From: Takakia lepidozioides
Taxonomy: Eukaryota; Plantae; Bryophyta
Length of the DNA stretch: 64,000 nt
Reading direction: 5' to 3'
Assembly (NCBI GenBank): GCA_030704615.1
Contig: CM060733.1
Coordinates: 19,220,001 to 19,284,000 of the forward strand
Shown here: positions 1 through 12,460 of the stretch, piece after piece
Numbering within the stretch: the stretch's first letter is position 1
Layout: the number at the start of each line of letters is the position of its first letter
Made by a program: the position numbers and the translations under genes
Notes under the pieces: model-generated
The model's input: the letters and a program-made list of their open reading frames with translations, nothing else
Databases searched by the model: none
What the model was told of the DNA's origin: nothing

Positions 1-728
1 GCTAATTCTTGTGATTAGCAGCAGAACTAATTTTGTAAGCTAAGACTTGAAGCAGTGCCCGCAAGCCCAAAGAAGTTAAGCAACACCCTGCATGAAATGT
101 CTCTGACCGTAAGGATGCCTGTACTCTTTGAGTCCAGTGTTTGCTGCTGCCATATGACAACAGTCCCATGGTGCACTAATGGCTGAGATGACCTTGCAGC
201 AACTTCCATTCCTGACAGAAGTCTATGTTGGGGTACCCTTGCCAAGTTCCCAAAGTCCTTAATGTGGATTCAGAAGAAGAAAACTGGCAAGTGTCACTGA
301 GTGCATTCTTGATCCATTAAGGCTACTATGTCCTTCAGGAGAAGGTGGTTTGAAACAGCCATCTTATAGTTTTTTTTAAGTCTTCCACCAAGAACTCAAA
401 GCCTCCAATGTCGAGGAGGCTCCACCTGCCACTACATTTACCAAATGCTTCCAACGCAGGCCGGAAGTGGATTTGAACCCAACATGACCTTTGGGGGCAA
501 AGTGCCAACCACTGCTGTCTGCTGGAAGATTCAAAACATAACAGAGCGACAGCATAGGTCTGAAGAGAACCAGGCTCAAAATACTTTATATGCTTACTTC
601 ATATCCAATCAGATAGGTCAGAGGGGAAAATAACTCGTCTACTATACATTCCCATGCTGCCAAAGCATTGAACAGAAATATTTACAATTCCTGATTACCA
701 CCCATGAACGAATACAGATCATACCCAC

Positions 729-2417
729 CTGAGCATCTTGCTCACTCTTCAAAAGAGGGTGATCCTCATCTGCTTCAGTATTTCGCATACAATCGCGAAC
801 AGATTTGGCATCCAAAGCTGCAAGCACGTACACTTTTTTAATCTTCATAGTACTAAAAAGAAACCGTGTTAAACTTTGCCAGAATTACACCCTTCTGCAG
901 ATTTATTAACTCTCTCTCTCTTTCTCTCCATGGCCACAAGGCTACGGCACACAACGTCTTATGAGTACATTCTCCATTCTACCCTTTGTGGGCACGGGGT
1001 CAATGGCCACAAGAAACAATGTCTTATGAGTACATTCTCTCCAACTGTTGACTTTGATTCCACAATAACATCTCTCTTCTGCTAAACATCAACCCTCTTT
1101 CAAGCAGGGAGGGAAGTTTACATAGAGACCGGAGAACTTCTTCTGCACACTCCTGGTTGTATTTCTTCTCCTTCATGGGACAACGGATTTGGAAATCGGT
1201 CACATAGTCCCACCATACCCAAGGTCGCTTGATGTCATTGGTAACCTTGAAAACACAAAGCTGCCTCAAATTCTCAATAACCACATCCTTCCCGTCATAG
1301 CCTGTGGTAAAATCCTGCTCTGGGTCAGGGGCACAGTACCGGCCATGATTGATGCACTGCGCTTTACACTGCTTACTAGTAATAAAGGCTTGGGGACAGA
1401 ACCAGGTGATGTAGTGGGGTGTGAAGAGTGTGTAACCCCCTTTCTCCAAAAGCTGGGCAGCGCCCTTGAAATTCTTCACAAAATCAATTTGTGCATCACA
1501 TTTGGACCCGCACTCATCGTTGCTATTGGTCCAAAACTCGTATTCTACACGGTCGTCCGGGTGAGGGAGTGCTTCCCGCCAGTCGAGGTTGATGTTCACC
1601 ATCTCCGACCCAGTTAATGCCTTCTTCAGATCATCGCCAAAGCCCTTCTCAATCAGCGCTGATGGAATTGTGATGTTCGGTAAAAAGTTTGCAAGGGGGT
1701 CCTCACCTGGCGAGTCCATTGTTAACAGTGGCTCCGCCTTGTCATCAGACACCAGCACCGCCGCAGCGCCTGCGTTCTGGGCGTTCCAGACCTTCAATGC
1801 AAAATAGCATTCTGCAAGGAACCAACCCCAACATTTAGTGCTTTTAGTGGCAACCAGATTGATCCTAGCCATGAATGGTGAAAGGCTGGCTTCCACACTG
1901 ATATGTGAGGCACCTGATCACATCCCACACGGAACACACATTGCCGGAGTGATATAAATTTGAAGCACAACATTAAGTTTGCTGTCATGGAAGCCAGTCG
2001 CATCTCCTAGCTGACAGTATTCAATTACCACGCATACTCAAAAGTAAACTCTCTCATAGAAGCCGCATGCGAACTCTTTTGAAGGACAATACCTCCGCGA
2101 TCAAGAAGAGCAAACACTGGACGCCCGCCCCCAGAAGACAGCCCGAATGAGGTATTAGATGAGCTGAACGCCTCACATCCAGTCGCCCCTTGTTTTGGGT
2201 ACACGACAGTCCCGGCCAAGGTGCCCCCATACTGAGGAATGCCAAAGTTGCCAATGGCACAGTCGTGTGTACCCTTCAATGAATCCGGTGAGGTCACAGT
2301 CAAGCTGTTCTTTTCTACTACAAAGCGGCCCCATGCTGGCACTGCCATTGCCATAAGCAGCATTATAATTTCCAGCCCTGTTCTCCATAGATTGGAACAC
2401 TGCCACTTGACCATCAT
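729..2417 (-). CDS. VSR: Vacuolar sorting receptor (BP-80/VSR family), 5' part. Exons 2417-2093, 1811-1122, 817-729; the gene probably continues beyond the window start.
   Basis: Signal peptide followed by [21 protein letters not shown], a PA domain ([20 protein letters not shown]), [21 protein letters not shown] and [20 protein letters not shown] boundaries join the exons in frame. Confidence 0.95.
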
Positions 2418-3536
2418 GGCCCTCCTGCAAGCCCCTGGGATCGTGAACGCTGATCAATGGCAACTAACGCTCCAACCCTTGTCACGAACCTGTATTCAAC
2501 AGCCCAGCCAGATGCAACCTTCAAAAGCGCTGAAATCCTCTGGCTTTCGGTTGCTTTTCCAATGCTTCCCAACTTCAACCTTTCTGCGGTGCTGTCTTCA
2601 GTTCTGCTTGCATTTGGTCTCGTCCAATCCAAGTGCACGTGCTAATCACAGTGACACTCGCACTTTGCGGAGCCCCAATGGAAAAGTTGGTTTTTTAGGA
2701 ATGAACTTGCTGCAGCTATTCAATGCCCACCATCGTGAACACGAACCCAGCACTGCACCATCCTCAACTCGTATGTGAGCCAACCTGTGTAATGTAGATT
2801 TTGTAGTGAGGTGCTGAGCCACTTTTAGGGAGCTTGTAGCTTCAACGTAAATCTCATTAGGAAGAAATCACCAGTTTCGTTTGGCTCCATTTGAAATGAG
2901 GAACCGGCTAATTTTTCACGAAACCGTAACTGGTCCATCCTAACTGCCATTCGATGCAGCACAAAGATCCAAAATGCTTCTCCACTGACAAGCTTTTGAG
3001 CGAATCGTAGTAATCTAGCCTACAAGGTCATGGCGTCATGCCTGAGTGACTAGTTGTCACTATCAATACGGTTTTAGTAGATTCATTGTGGAATCAAACG
3101 GAGCGTGACGTGTCTAGTAGCTTTTTAGTGTGAAGGGGAAGTGACACTTGCTAGAGCTGAGGGTTTTGGGGTTGTTTTTCGAGGAGAGGGAATTACAGGT
3201 AGAGAGGAAAAGACAAAAGTAGGGCTATTGGAGACTTAGGGGAAGAATAAGAAAGAAAGACTGAAGCTTAAGATCTCAAGGAATCGAGTGAGTGTACGTA
3301 AGAGCTTTCAAAGCAGAACCCATCATTGGGCCACAACTCTGTGCTGAGCTCCAGGTGTTGCTGCGTGTGAACTTTTTTTGAAAGACTCCTCCCCTTCTCA
3401 AGTGGGTGTCATCTCTCTCCTTCCTCCACGCGAAGGGCTTGGTCTAGGGATCAGGAGGTGGAGGCAGAGGTGTAAAGTGTAAAATTGGTTAGGGCTGAAG
3501 GCAAGTCCTTTTGCCCTTTTGTCTCCTTGGATCAAT

Positions 3537-4961
3537 ATGGCCCTTCTTAGGCCCGCACAAGCACTAGTCAAAGATCAAGGAGGACTATGCCCTTCCACTT
3601 TCAAACCCGCTGCGCTCTCCCCGTTTGAATTGCCATCGCAACGACCGCGTGTCACAGTTCCACACCGCAGGTGCTGGGGGGATTTATGCAGAGCTCAGGC
3701 AGTGGCAGCCCAAACTACTGCTAAGACTGGGCATTACAGTGGAAAAGAAAGAGTTGATGTCCTAGCAGAGGCGCTACCTTTTATCCAGCGATTCCAGAAT
3801 AAGACCGTAGTGGTGAAGTATGGAGGAGCAGCTATGAAGGATGCGTCTCTCAAGGAAGGAGTGATCAAAGACCTGGTGCTTCTTTCGTGCGTGGGTTTGC
3901 GCCCCGTGCTTGTCCATGGTGGAGGACCTGAGATCAACCTGTGGCTTACCAAGCTTGGCATCGAGCCTCGTTTCAAGAATGGGCTGCGCGTCACCGACGA
4001 AGCCACCATGGAAATTGTTGAGATGGTGCTAGTCGGCAAGGTATTTCGCAAATTCTGTGTAGCTCTTCACTGTATGTTCTCTTGCAGCATTGATAGAAGG
4101 CAACATGCTCGCAGTTACAATGGAGGGATTGCTTGGTGCCTTACTTGGATATATACATCTGACATTTTGCTCTCACATCCTCTGTCAACTAACCGAACTC
4201 CTTTCGATCTACCAGAACTCGCTTCAGTTGTCTTCTACGAGTATGCTCGCAGTTGCAATGTGAGGATATTGAGCTTCCTATTAACTCTCTTCAATCAGAG
4301 CCTACCCTGCCTTTCGATCTACCAGAACTCACATCCTGTATGTCAGCCTCCAATTGTCTGTCTTTTCTGCAACCTTCATGCCATGTGCTTATCATTTGAA
4401 CAACAAGCATCACTGCAGGTGAACAAGTCGCTTGTTTCCCTGATCAATTGTGCTGGTGGCTGCGCTGTCGGCATGTGTGGCAAGGATGGTAACCTCATCA
4501 CAGCAAGGCCTGTAGGTGGGGGGCTAGGATTTGTGGGTGAAATCACCTCTATCAACACGAGCGTTTTGCAAGGGATTGTGCAAAATGGCCACCTCCCAGT
4601 TATTGCCTCAGTGGCCGCCGACAAGTATGGGCAGGCTTATAACATCAATGCCGATACAGCAGCTGGTGAGATTGCTGCATCGTTGGGGGCAGAGAAGCTT
4701 ATACTCATGACAGATGTACCAGGGGTGATGCTGGACCCAAAGAAAGTGGATTCACTGGTGAGAGAGGTAGACATCAGGGGAGTGCGAAAACTGGTGGACG
4801 AGGGTGTGGTATCAGGTGGCATGATTCCTAAGGTGGAGTGCTGTGTACGCTCACTAGCACAGGGTGTCCACGCCGCTCATATTATTGATGGCCGCGCCCC
4901 TCACTCATTGCTTCTAGAAATTCTTACTGATGAAGGGGCTGGCACAATGATCACTGGCTGA
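3537..4961 (+). CDS. NAGK: Acetylglutamate kinase, plastid-targeted. Exons 3537-4040 and 4419-4961.
   Basis: Transit peptide, then [70 protein letters not shown]. Removing intron 4041-4418 (GT..CAG) restores LVGK|VNKSLV. Confidence 0.96.
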   Translation: MALLRPAQALVKDQGGLCPSTFKPAALSPFELPSQRPRVTVPHRRCWGDLCRAQAVAAQTTAKTGHYSGKERVDVLAEALPFIQRFQNKTVVVKYGGAAMKDASLKEGVIKDLVLLSCVGLRPVLVHGGGPEINLWLTKLGIEPRFKNGLRVTDEATMEIVEMVLVGKVFRKFCVALHCMFSCSIDRRQHARSYNGGIAWCLTWIYTSDILLSHPLSTNRTPFDLPELASVVFYEYARSCNVRILSFLLTLFNQSLPCLSIYQNSHPVCQPPIVCLFCNLHAMCLSFEQQASLQVNKSLVSLINCAGGCAVGMCGKDGNLITARPVGGGLGFVGEITSINTSVLQGIVQNGHLPVIASVAADKYGQAYNINADTAAGEIAASLGAEKLILMTDVPGVMLDPKKVDSLVREVDIRGVRKLVDEGVVSGGMIPKVECCVRSLAQGVHAAHIIDGRAPHSLLLEILTDEGAGTMITG

Positions 4962-5812
4962 GTGCATGCTTTCTTTCTGGATGGGGAGAGAGATTAGACA
5001 TTGCCTTGTGGCCATAGATCCCATGATCCGGTGGTGGGGGAGTGGGGGAGAGAGAGAGAGAGAGAGAACTGAGTTTTCATATGTGCACAACCCAGCTGGA
5101 CAAAATACCATGGGTTTTGAGTTCATACTCTCTCCTCGAAAGAGCTCTAATCAACAACAGTCAGCTGGTAGTGTGGAAATAGCAACAAACTACACTAATC
5201 AATTTTGCAATGATCCAGCTCCCTGGGAATCCTATGTCCATGGTTTTGACTCAATTAATGAAGGATGTACTGCAACAAATAGAACAGCAAGATTATTGTT
5301 CAGGAAAGCAAGGCTTGGTACAGCTATTTCTATTGTTGTAGGGCTTTGTAAATCTATCTCAGAACACAATATGCAACACTACACCAACACCTGAGCCAAT
5401 CCTGATCCCCAACATGTCACATGTCAATTACAGTTTGTAGCAAACCAAATGGCCTGCTCTGGCTGATTACAGAGTTGTGTGAGTGGAAGAACACCCTCTT
5501 ACCCTCATGCCTGCCCACCATGCCAGGGCACATGGCACTATGTGCTCTCCCACCTACGAAGTCTCTTTTTGCAAGTTGCATCTGACAGAAAATAGACCAG
5601 GACAATATTGTATCCTCAAACAATGAAGGTAAGAGATTTCGAGATAAAGATTGGCAGACTTAGCTGAGGAGGGCGAGGACTGGGAGAGAGATATACAGAC
5701 CTGCCAAACACCTCACATCAAATTCCATTCAATCTCCAGTTCTGACTCAGCAGTGGGCGGTTGTGACTTGTGACCACAAAATGCAGCCATTTGCTGCGCT
5801 TTCAGCTGAAGT

Positions 5813-7111
5813 TTAAAGTTGGACTGAATGAATCCCTCCAGTTGGGACACTTCTGGACAATTTCGTTTTATTGGCTAGCTCTTCGTCAATGCGCTCCGAC
5901 CAACGTGGCCGAGCTTCCTTCATCTCAGAGATCCAGCTAAGTTGAGTTTTTGGGTCTTTGTACACCAGTAATACTTTTCTAATCATGCTTGCCACGGGAA
6001 GGTGCGGTAAGATGACCCGAAGGAATTTCTTAAGCTCCTCTGCACTGAACCAAAGACGGTAATAACTCACTTCACTAACCTTCCGGTCCTTCCGGACTCG
6101 TCGAACAGGTCCAACATGCGCATACACTTTCCAAACAGTTTCCAAGTACTGAGCTAAGAGTTGGACAGAATCTTTGTCAAAGTCGTCTGTGCTCAACACA
6201 CCTTTGCGGCCATTGGAAATAATTGATCCTTCATCGCACCACCAAATTGCCAAGGATAGCGGTGTCAGATGGTTCAACCATCGCCGGCGGATGAGGAGGT
6301 GATTATGGTCGTGTGTGACGTCATGAATATGCGTCAGGGCATCGAGGTCTCGGCTCTGAAAGAAAAGCTTCTTGTTGTTGCCAAAGTGCACAGAACTTTG
6401 TGCAGAGACTTCATGTAGTGCGCCTACCTTCCACCGAAAATATTCTTCTTGCGTATGGCTATGACGAATAGAGAACCTTGCGTTGTTGTCGCCTTTCAGT
6501 ATTCTCAGTGACCCATGTCCCAGAAGTGATCCTAAAATGATTGATTTCATCGAATCCGGCAAGGCTACTTGACTGAGTCTTTTTAAGTCCAGGTTAGGAG
6601 CTTGATGAACTGTGCCTGATGTGAGGTTGGCCAACCTGTTGCTCTCGTCTCCTACATTCTTCAGCAATGTAATTGCCTGTGTCGTTCTGTCAACCCTGTC
6701 GACTTGTATCTGCGGTGCAACCGTGCAAATCTCTTCCTCCCTCACACCGACTACTTTCGCTGGATCGATCTTCAGACGCCAACCCTGATCTGCAGTCGAG
6801 CTAAACAATGCAGCCGATGGCGCCAAAAGCGACCCCAGCCTCCTCTCAATGCCATTTTCCCCAAAATACCTACACCCTGGAAATGTGTCACTCTCACCGC
6901 CATCACCACTCTTCCATGTATGAAAACCCGAATCTCGTAGTTTCTCGACCCCTCCTGCACATTTGGAAGGCTGAATTCCCGAGTCAAAGAAACCCTGCTG
7001 CCCTGCAGTTGAAGGTTGCCTAAACTGTGTCCAAAACCCTAAACCCTGATTTCGCAACTCAGTCAACCTCAACGCTTGCTTCCTCATCATGGAATGCCGC
7101 GAAAAAAGCAT
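5813..7111 (-). CDS. Intronless double-motif LAGLIDADG (I-SceI-like/LAGLIDADG_2) protein with an N-terminal organellar targeting-like extension
   Basis: Intact 432-aa ORF. Motif 1 is IILGSLLGHGSL and motif 2 is LTPLSLAIWWCDEGS, with the typical intervening HS..QEEYFRWK and C-terminal LPHLPVASMIRKV. The N-terminus is Arg/Ser/Leu-rich. Confidence 0.85.
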   Translation of the reverse strand: MLFSRHSMMRKQALRLTELRNQGLGFWTQFRQPSTAGQQGFFDSGIQPSKCAGGVEKLRDSGFHTWKSGDGGESDTFPGCRYFGENGIERRLGSLLAPSAALFSSTADQGWRLKIDPAKVVGVREEEICTVAPQIQVDRVDRTTQAITLLKNVGDESNRLANLTSGTVHQAPNLDLKRLSQVALPDSMKSIILGSLLGHGSLRILKGDNNARFSIRHSHTQEEYFRWKVGALHEVSAQSSVHFGNNKKLFFQSRDLDALTHIHDVTHDHNHLLIRRRWLNHLTPLSLAIWWCDEGSIISNGRKGVLSTDDFDKDSVQLLAQYLETVWKVYAHVGPVRRVRKDRKVSEVSYYRLWFSAEELKKFLRVILPHLPVASMIRKVLLVYKDPKTQLSWISEMKEARPRWSERIDEELANKTKLSRSVPTGGIHSVQL

Positions 7112-7493
7112 TATACAAAACCACTACCTGTGAGAAAGGTGATTCCCTCCAAAGCGCTCAGAATCAATCGGGCTTTTTCTCTTGACTCATGGCAGGACTC
7201 CATCGGGGCGTGCTGGGGGCTCGGTTAGCGCTCGTTTTTCTCCCGCTGACGGTGAACAGCAAGAAGTTAAGTGGAGACACCGTAGGAGCTTAAGGGCGAG
7301 GCAAAAGCTGTTGGATTCGTAAACTAAAACAAGTCAAGAAACAGAGCACAAGGAGGTTCCTATAAATACTGAGAGGGACCACAGAGCCCAAGGGGCTGGT
7401 CCAAGGGCTTGCCCCCTGAGCTAACAAGTGGGGTCTCACTACCTGATAATGAGCACATCTACACAAAGCAAGAATTACAAGTGTCACTGCTAA

Positions 7494-8253
7494 GGGCCCC
7501 GCCCCATCTGCAGTTAGGCACCCAATAGTTAGTGTCATTTAAGCTAACTATTGGGTTTAGGTGCCAGTTATACTAACTAGCACTCCTAATAGTTAGTGCA
7601 CCTCACTAACTGAGATAGAGTAGTTTGGTGTAAAAGTTAAGGGGTCTGAAATAGGTTCTTTAAGCTAACAAGTGCACACGTCCTCTCCACGGTGGCTTGC
7701 AATCTCCTTGACCATATGAGAGAGTGTGTTTCAAGGATCGTGGAGTATCGCGAGAGTGTACAGTTGCGGAGGAGCGTGGAGTGGAGACTGGCTGGATCGA
7801 GCTTCAGCTACATGCAAGAAGGAGCAGAATGCGCAGTGAAGACAGTGCGCCCTAATCAAAGACCGTGCAAATTTCTCCTCAAATCTGCGTGTGAACCAGT
7901 GAATGCTTAAGGCAATGCAGACAAGGCGGAGGTAGAAAGCTGCAACATAACATAGGATTCAAGGGCCCTGTTGGTTGTCTCGTTGTACTGCATGAAGTCT
8001 ACCTCTACCGTTTGTGGCAACTGCGTAGCACAAGGCTTGCGTGGAAATATTGCTCTACGTGGCTGAGAATCGCCGTACAAACAAGGCACTAATTGAAACC
8101 CCGGTGGGGCACCAGCACACTTAAGTTCTTCAGTTAGTGATTCTCTTATTAGTGTTAACTGTGAGTGGGGCACCAAATTCAGTTAAGACTAACTGAGCAC
8201 CTAATAGTGAGACACTAACTATTGGGTGCCTAACTGCAGGTAGGGCAGGGCCC
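7494..8253. mobile_element. Tourist-like (PIF/Harbinger) MITE inserted in the Copia LTR
   Basis: About 43-bp TIRs GGGCCCCGCCCCATCTGCAGTTAGGCACCCAATAGTTAGTGTC, flanked by TAA and TAT. The other LTR has a single TAA at the empty site (gcTAAtcatg). Confidence 0.9.
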
Positions 8254-8774
8254 TATTCATGATATGAGAAGCTACTCTAAGAACCCAAGCCACACTAAAT
8301 AATAAGTGTTGAAACATTATGAGTGGGCAGTTCCAACACCTCATCTCACCCTCATGTTCTCATAACAGTGTCAGAGAGTCCATTAGCTTAAAGAAAGCGT
8401 ATTTCTTTGGCCATGGTGAGGATGAGAGCATTCTCGGTTCCTTCTTATGCCTCGGTCAAACCGTTCAGCCAATCGATCAGGGAGTCTTCTTCGTGTTTGT
8501 TTGATAGGACCGATGCCTCCTCATGATCGAATCCTATGCTCCTTTCTCATATTCACCCACTTCGGATGCCGCAAACTGGATAGCGAACACACACCTAATC
8601 GTGACCGAAGTTTCTAAAATTTTGTCTTTCCATTGCAGATCTTTGATCGCAACCTCTCGACCACACCAGAGGTTACAAGCCTTGGGGATTTCATCCCACC
8701 ATCTCCAGGGAACTTTAGTTCCTCCTCAAGAAAAGAAGACTACTCCTTAAGGTGACACCTCTCCATATCAACCA

Positions 8775-9415
8775 GTGATTCGTCATACAATCATTGTACA
8801 TGATCCCTTCATAGAGATAGATGGGAGTACACATGAGGAAGGGTCCACTCCGGCCGAGGAAGTAAATCCAACTCAGGAAACTGCAGTAAATATTCCAACT
8901 GATCAGGAGACTGCAATAACTATTCCAATTGATCAGGAGACTGCAGTAAATATTCCAACTGATCAAGAAACTGCGGTGCCAACACCTCAACGATATCCGA
9001 CTCGTGAAAGGCACGTACCTGATTGGCACAATGATTATATAATCTCTGGAATTAGAAAGCCTGCAGCTCATGCAATCACCGTCACCACTTCTGAGGAACC
9101 TGTGACTTTTGAATAAGCATGCAAGGATCCAGCTTGGATCTCTGCTATGATCGAGGAAATGCGCAGTATTGATCGAAACTCTGCATGGGATAGACCTTCC
9201 AAAAGGAACAAAGCCCATTAGTGCAAAATGGGTTTACAAGCTGAAGCATGGCTTAGGTGAAGCTCAATCAGTCTACAAAGCTCGGTTGGTGGCTCGTGGA
9301 TTTGAGCAACGTCAAGGAGTGGACTACGAGGAAACATTCGCCCCAATGGCCAAGTGGAGCACTTTGAGAGCTCTAGTGGCCCTTGCAGCTCAACGGAACT
9401 GGCCCATGTATCACA
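8775..9415 (+). pseudogene. Copia pol fragment (linker plus RT N-terminus) with a stop and a frameshift
   Basis: RYPTRERHVPDW..EEPVTFE*ACKDPAWISAMIEEM, then KWVYKLK, YKARLVARGF and DYEETFAP. Confidence 0.9.
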
Positions 9416-10284
9416 GTCACCTAAAGCAGTTGGTCTACATGCTGCAGCCACTCTCATCAAAGACCACATCTCTGGAGATAACAATTTTTCTCGCTTGCCC
9501 TTGACCCTGAGCTAACAAGTGGGGTCTCACTACCTGATAATGAGCCCATCTACACAAAGCAAGGAATTACAAGTGTCACTGCTAATCATGATAAGAGAAG
9601 CTACACTAAGAACCCAAGCCACACTAAATAATAAGTGCTGAAACGTGATGAGTGGGAAGTTCCAACAAAAGCACCGGTATCCTCTAAGCATAAACGTGAT
9701 AGCTGAACATTACTTCTTCATGTCCTCCTAATTCTTCCTTCTTATTCTGCTGCTCTCTTAGTTTCAAATTTCCTTGTGTAAGTATACGTCTCTAGCTTCG
9801 ACACTCTTCTATCTGCTCTCTCAGTCGCTCGGTTAGTTTCTTTGTTCCCTGTACTTTCTGGTTATTGGGGCGGTGTCCTCTTTGCCAGGTTTGCATTTAC
9901 TAAGCAAGGTCGCATTTACTCTTGATAGAGTAGCAAGGTTCTTGTATTTACTGGCGGTGTGTGTGCCTCATGGTGTAATTCGAGGGTTTTAATTTTTTTC
10001 CCTCCAATAATCCAAAATAAAGTTAATCTCATGACCTCTGTCCCCTCCAACCCCTTGTCAAAAGGGAAACCCGTAAGCCTAGTTATCATTCCTGACGTGA
10101 CGTGCCGCTGACACGTCAGCCGTCACGTCCGACGTGCGTCACGTCACGTCGAATCCGGACGTTTCTCCATGTAATTTTTTTTACATTTGACTTTTACGAT
10201 TTACTTCTACCATTTGTAATGACATGGCAGCCACGGTGTAAAACAGACGTGGCCAATTATTAATATTTATTAATTCTTTTTAAA

Positions 10285-11065
10285 AATACGTCCGCATATA
10301 TTGGTGGTGGCATATAATTTATTATTTTTTAAATGAAGCGACCGCCCATATTGGCAGTCGCTTGTAATTTAATATTTTATTAAATTAAGCGACCGCCTAT
10401 ATTGGCAGTCGCCGGTAATTTATTAATTTTTAAATGAAACGACCGCCCATATTGGCGGTCGCTTGTATTTTAATATATTTTAAAATAAGTGACCACGGTC
10501 GACTGAAGTTTATTATGTTTTAAATTAAGCGACCGCCCAGATTGGCGGTCGCTCGCACTTTATTATATTATTATCATTATATATTTAATATAGCTTGTAA
10601 AAATACAGCGACCGCCACATAGCGGTCGCTTTAGTTTTTTTTTAATTTAACGACCGCCATTTAGCAACGGTCGATTATTTTTATTTTTATTCTTAAATAA
10701 AGCGACCACCGTTGTGGTAGCTTTTTCAGTTAATTTTTGTAAAATGCAGCGACCGCCATTTGGGGGCCGTCGCTATTTTTGTTAATAAACAATACAGCGA
10801 CCGCCATTTGGCGGCGGTTATTTGATTTGATTTTGATTCTTAAATTAAGCGACCGCCGTTTGGCGGTCGCTTACTTAATTTTTTTTTTTAAATGAAGCGA
10901 CCGCCATTTAGCGGCAGTCGTTTATTTTTATTTTGAATCTTGAATTAAGCGACCGCTAGTAGGCGGTCGCTTATTTAATATATTTTTAAAAAATACATCG
11001 ACCGCCATGTTGCGGTCGCTCTTCTTGTTTTTATAAATATAGCGACCGCCATGCGGCGGTCGCGT
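10285..11065. repeat. Array of about 15 GC-rich palindromes (AGCGACCGCC-N4-8-GGCGGTCGCT) at about 50-bp spacing with AT-rich spacers; resembles DNA-transposon subterminal repeats
   Basis: Units read directly at about 10337, 10388, 10438, 10528, 10607, 10649, 10701, 10748, 10796, 10848, 10896, 10948, 10997 and 11041. Confidence 0.9.
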
Positions 11066-11099
11066 GTTTTTTATTCAAAAGGGACGAATTCCCATTCAT

Positions 11100-12460
11100 T
11101 CAATGGGCGATTGAATGGTTGCCCATCCAAATGATTTTCGTTTGATTTCATTCTCTGCCACTATGTTCAACATACCATGTATCAGGTCCCGGACTAATAT
11201 GAGATCAATCGAAATTCATTTGATGGCTCAATGGATGGTTGGCCATCGAAATGATTTTGGTTTGCTTTGAGACTTGGCCAGTATGTTCAATGTACCATGT
11301 AAGAGGGCCTTGAGTAATATGAGATCAATCAAAATTTGTTCAATGGGCCAACGGATGGTTGCCCATCCAAATGATTTTCGTTCGATTTGAGACTTGGCCA
11401 GTGTATTCAATGTACCCTCTGATAGGTCCCAGTGTAATATAAGATCAATCAAAATTTGTTCGATGGGCCAATGAGGCGTTCACTTGTCATCTGGTTTTTG
11501 TTCATTGCGAAAAAAAAAAATCCTGCAATGCGTACACAGCTATTGCACCCATTCAACAGATGTGGTTGAAGCCCTTCTTTTGCCCGCATGTGCTTGAACT
11601 TGTGTGCAACACATGTACAGAGTCACAACAGACGAATAAATCATTTGCCTCTCCATCGACGCGCTCACCCCTCAAGCCATTCCAGAATTTAAATTAATTT
11701 TAAGCCAATAAATAGGTTTGCACTTGGGGTTTTTGGCACGAATCGATTTTGTTTTTGCCTCAATTTTGTTCTGCAGCTTCAAGCATCCCACCGCTACTCC
11801 CCCGCCAAAATTTGGACCAATAAAAAATGTCCCAAAAAAAAAGTGTTATCTTCGTTCACTATTGCAGAACTCTCTATAAATAGTGCAGGAAGTAGAACAC
11901 AAATCAAGTTTGGAGTGCAAAACAGGGAAGAAACTGTGGTTTTGGGTCCAAATGAATTTTGCTCGCTCCCAAATTTGGCACACACATTGCATATGGAGTC
12001 GTTACACGCCCCATTCAAAAACGGATTGAAAAAACATAAATCATGAGCACGCGAAACGCAGTCCAACAGGTCCCAAAGTAATAGCAAATCTAACGAAATA
12101 CATTCAACGGGTGAATGGATGGTTGCCCATCCAAATCATTTTTGTTTGCTTCCAAACTTTGTTAGTACGTTCGAGACACCCTCTCACAGGTCTCGGACTA
12201 ATATGAGATCAATCGAAATTTATTTGATGGCTCAACTGATGGTTGGCCATCGAAATGATTTTGGTTTGCTTTGAGACTTGGCCAGTATGTTCAATGTACC
12301 ATGTAAAAGGCCCCAGAGTAATATGAGATCAATCAAAATTTGTTCAATGGGCCAATGGATGGTTGCCCATCCAAATGATTTTTGTTCGCTTTGAGACTTG
12401 GCCAATGTGTTCAATGTACCCTCTGATAGGTCCTAGTGTAATATGAGATCAATCGAAATT
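11100..12460. repeat. Two blocks of three 120-bp tandem units (about 11100-11465 and 12100-12460)
   Basis: GATGGTTGCCCATCCAAATGATTTT...GAGACTTGGCCAGTATGTTCAATGTACC...GAGATCAATC recurs with a period of 120 bp. Confidence 0.9.

Larger units (their letters stand above)
7309..9667 (-). mobile_element. Internally deleted Ty1/Copia LTR retrotransposon
   Basis: TGTTGG...CCAACA termini and a 5-bp TSD AAAGC (7304-7308, 9668-9672). LTR sequence is shared between 7414-8338 (MITE removed) and 9504-9667. PPT-like purine tract on the minus strand at 8339-8355. Copia RT motifs ISAKWVYKLK..YKARLVARGFEQRQGVDYEETFAP and IN C-terminal ISRDVVFDE. Confidence 0.92.

Noticed and set aside
3519-4961. A 480-aa single-exon NAGK
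   Set aside because: The middle 126 codons lie between canonical splice sites and interrupt the conserved LVGKVNK motif.
10285-11065. CRISPR array
   Set aside because: The palindromic repeats are regularly spaced, but the spacers are low-complexity AT tracts resembling each other, the repeats are degenerate, no cas genes are present and the context is eukaryotic.
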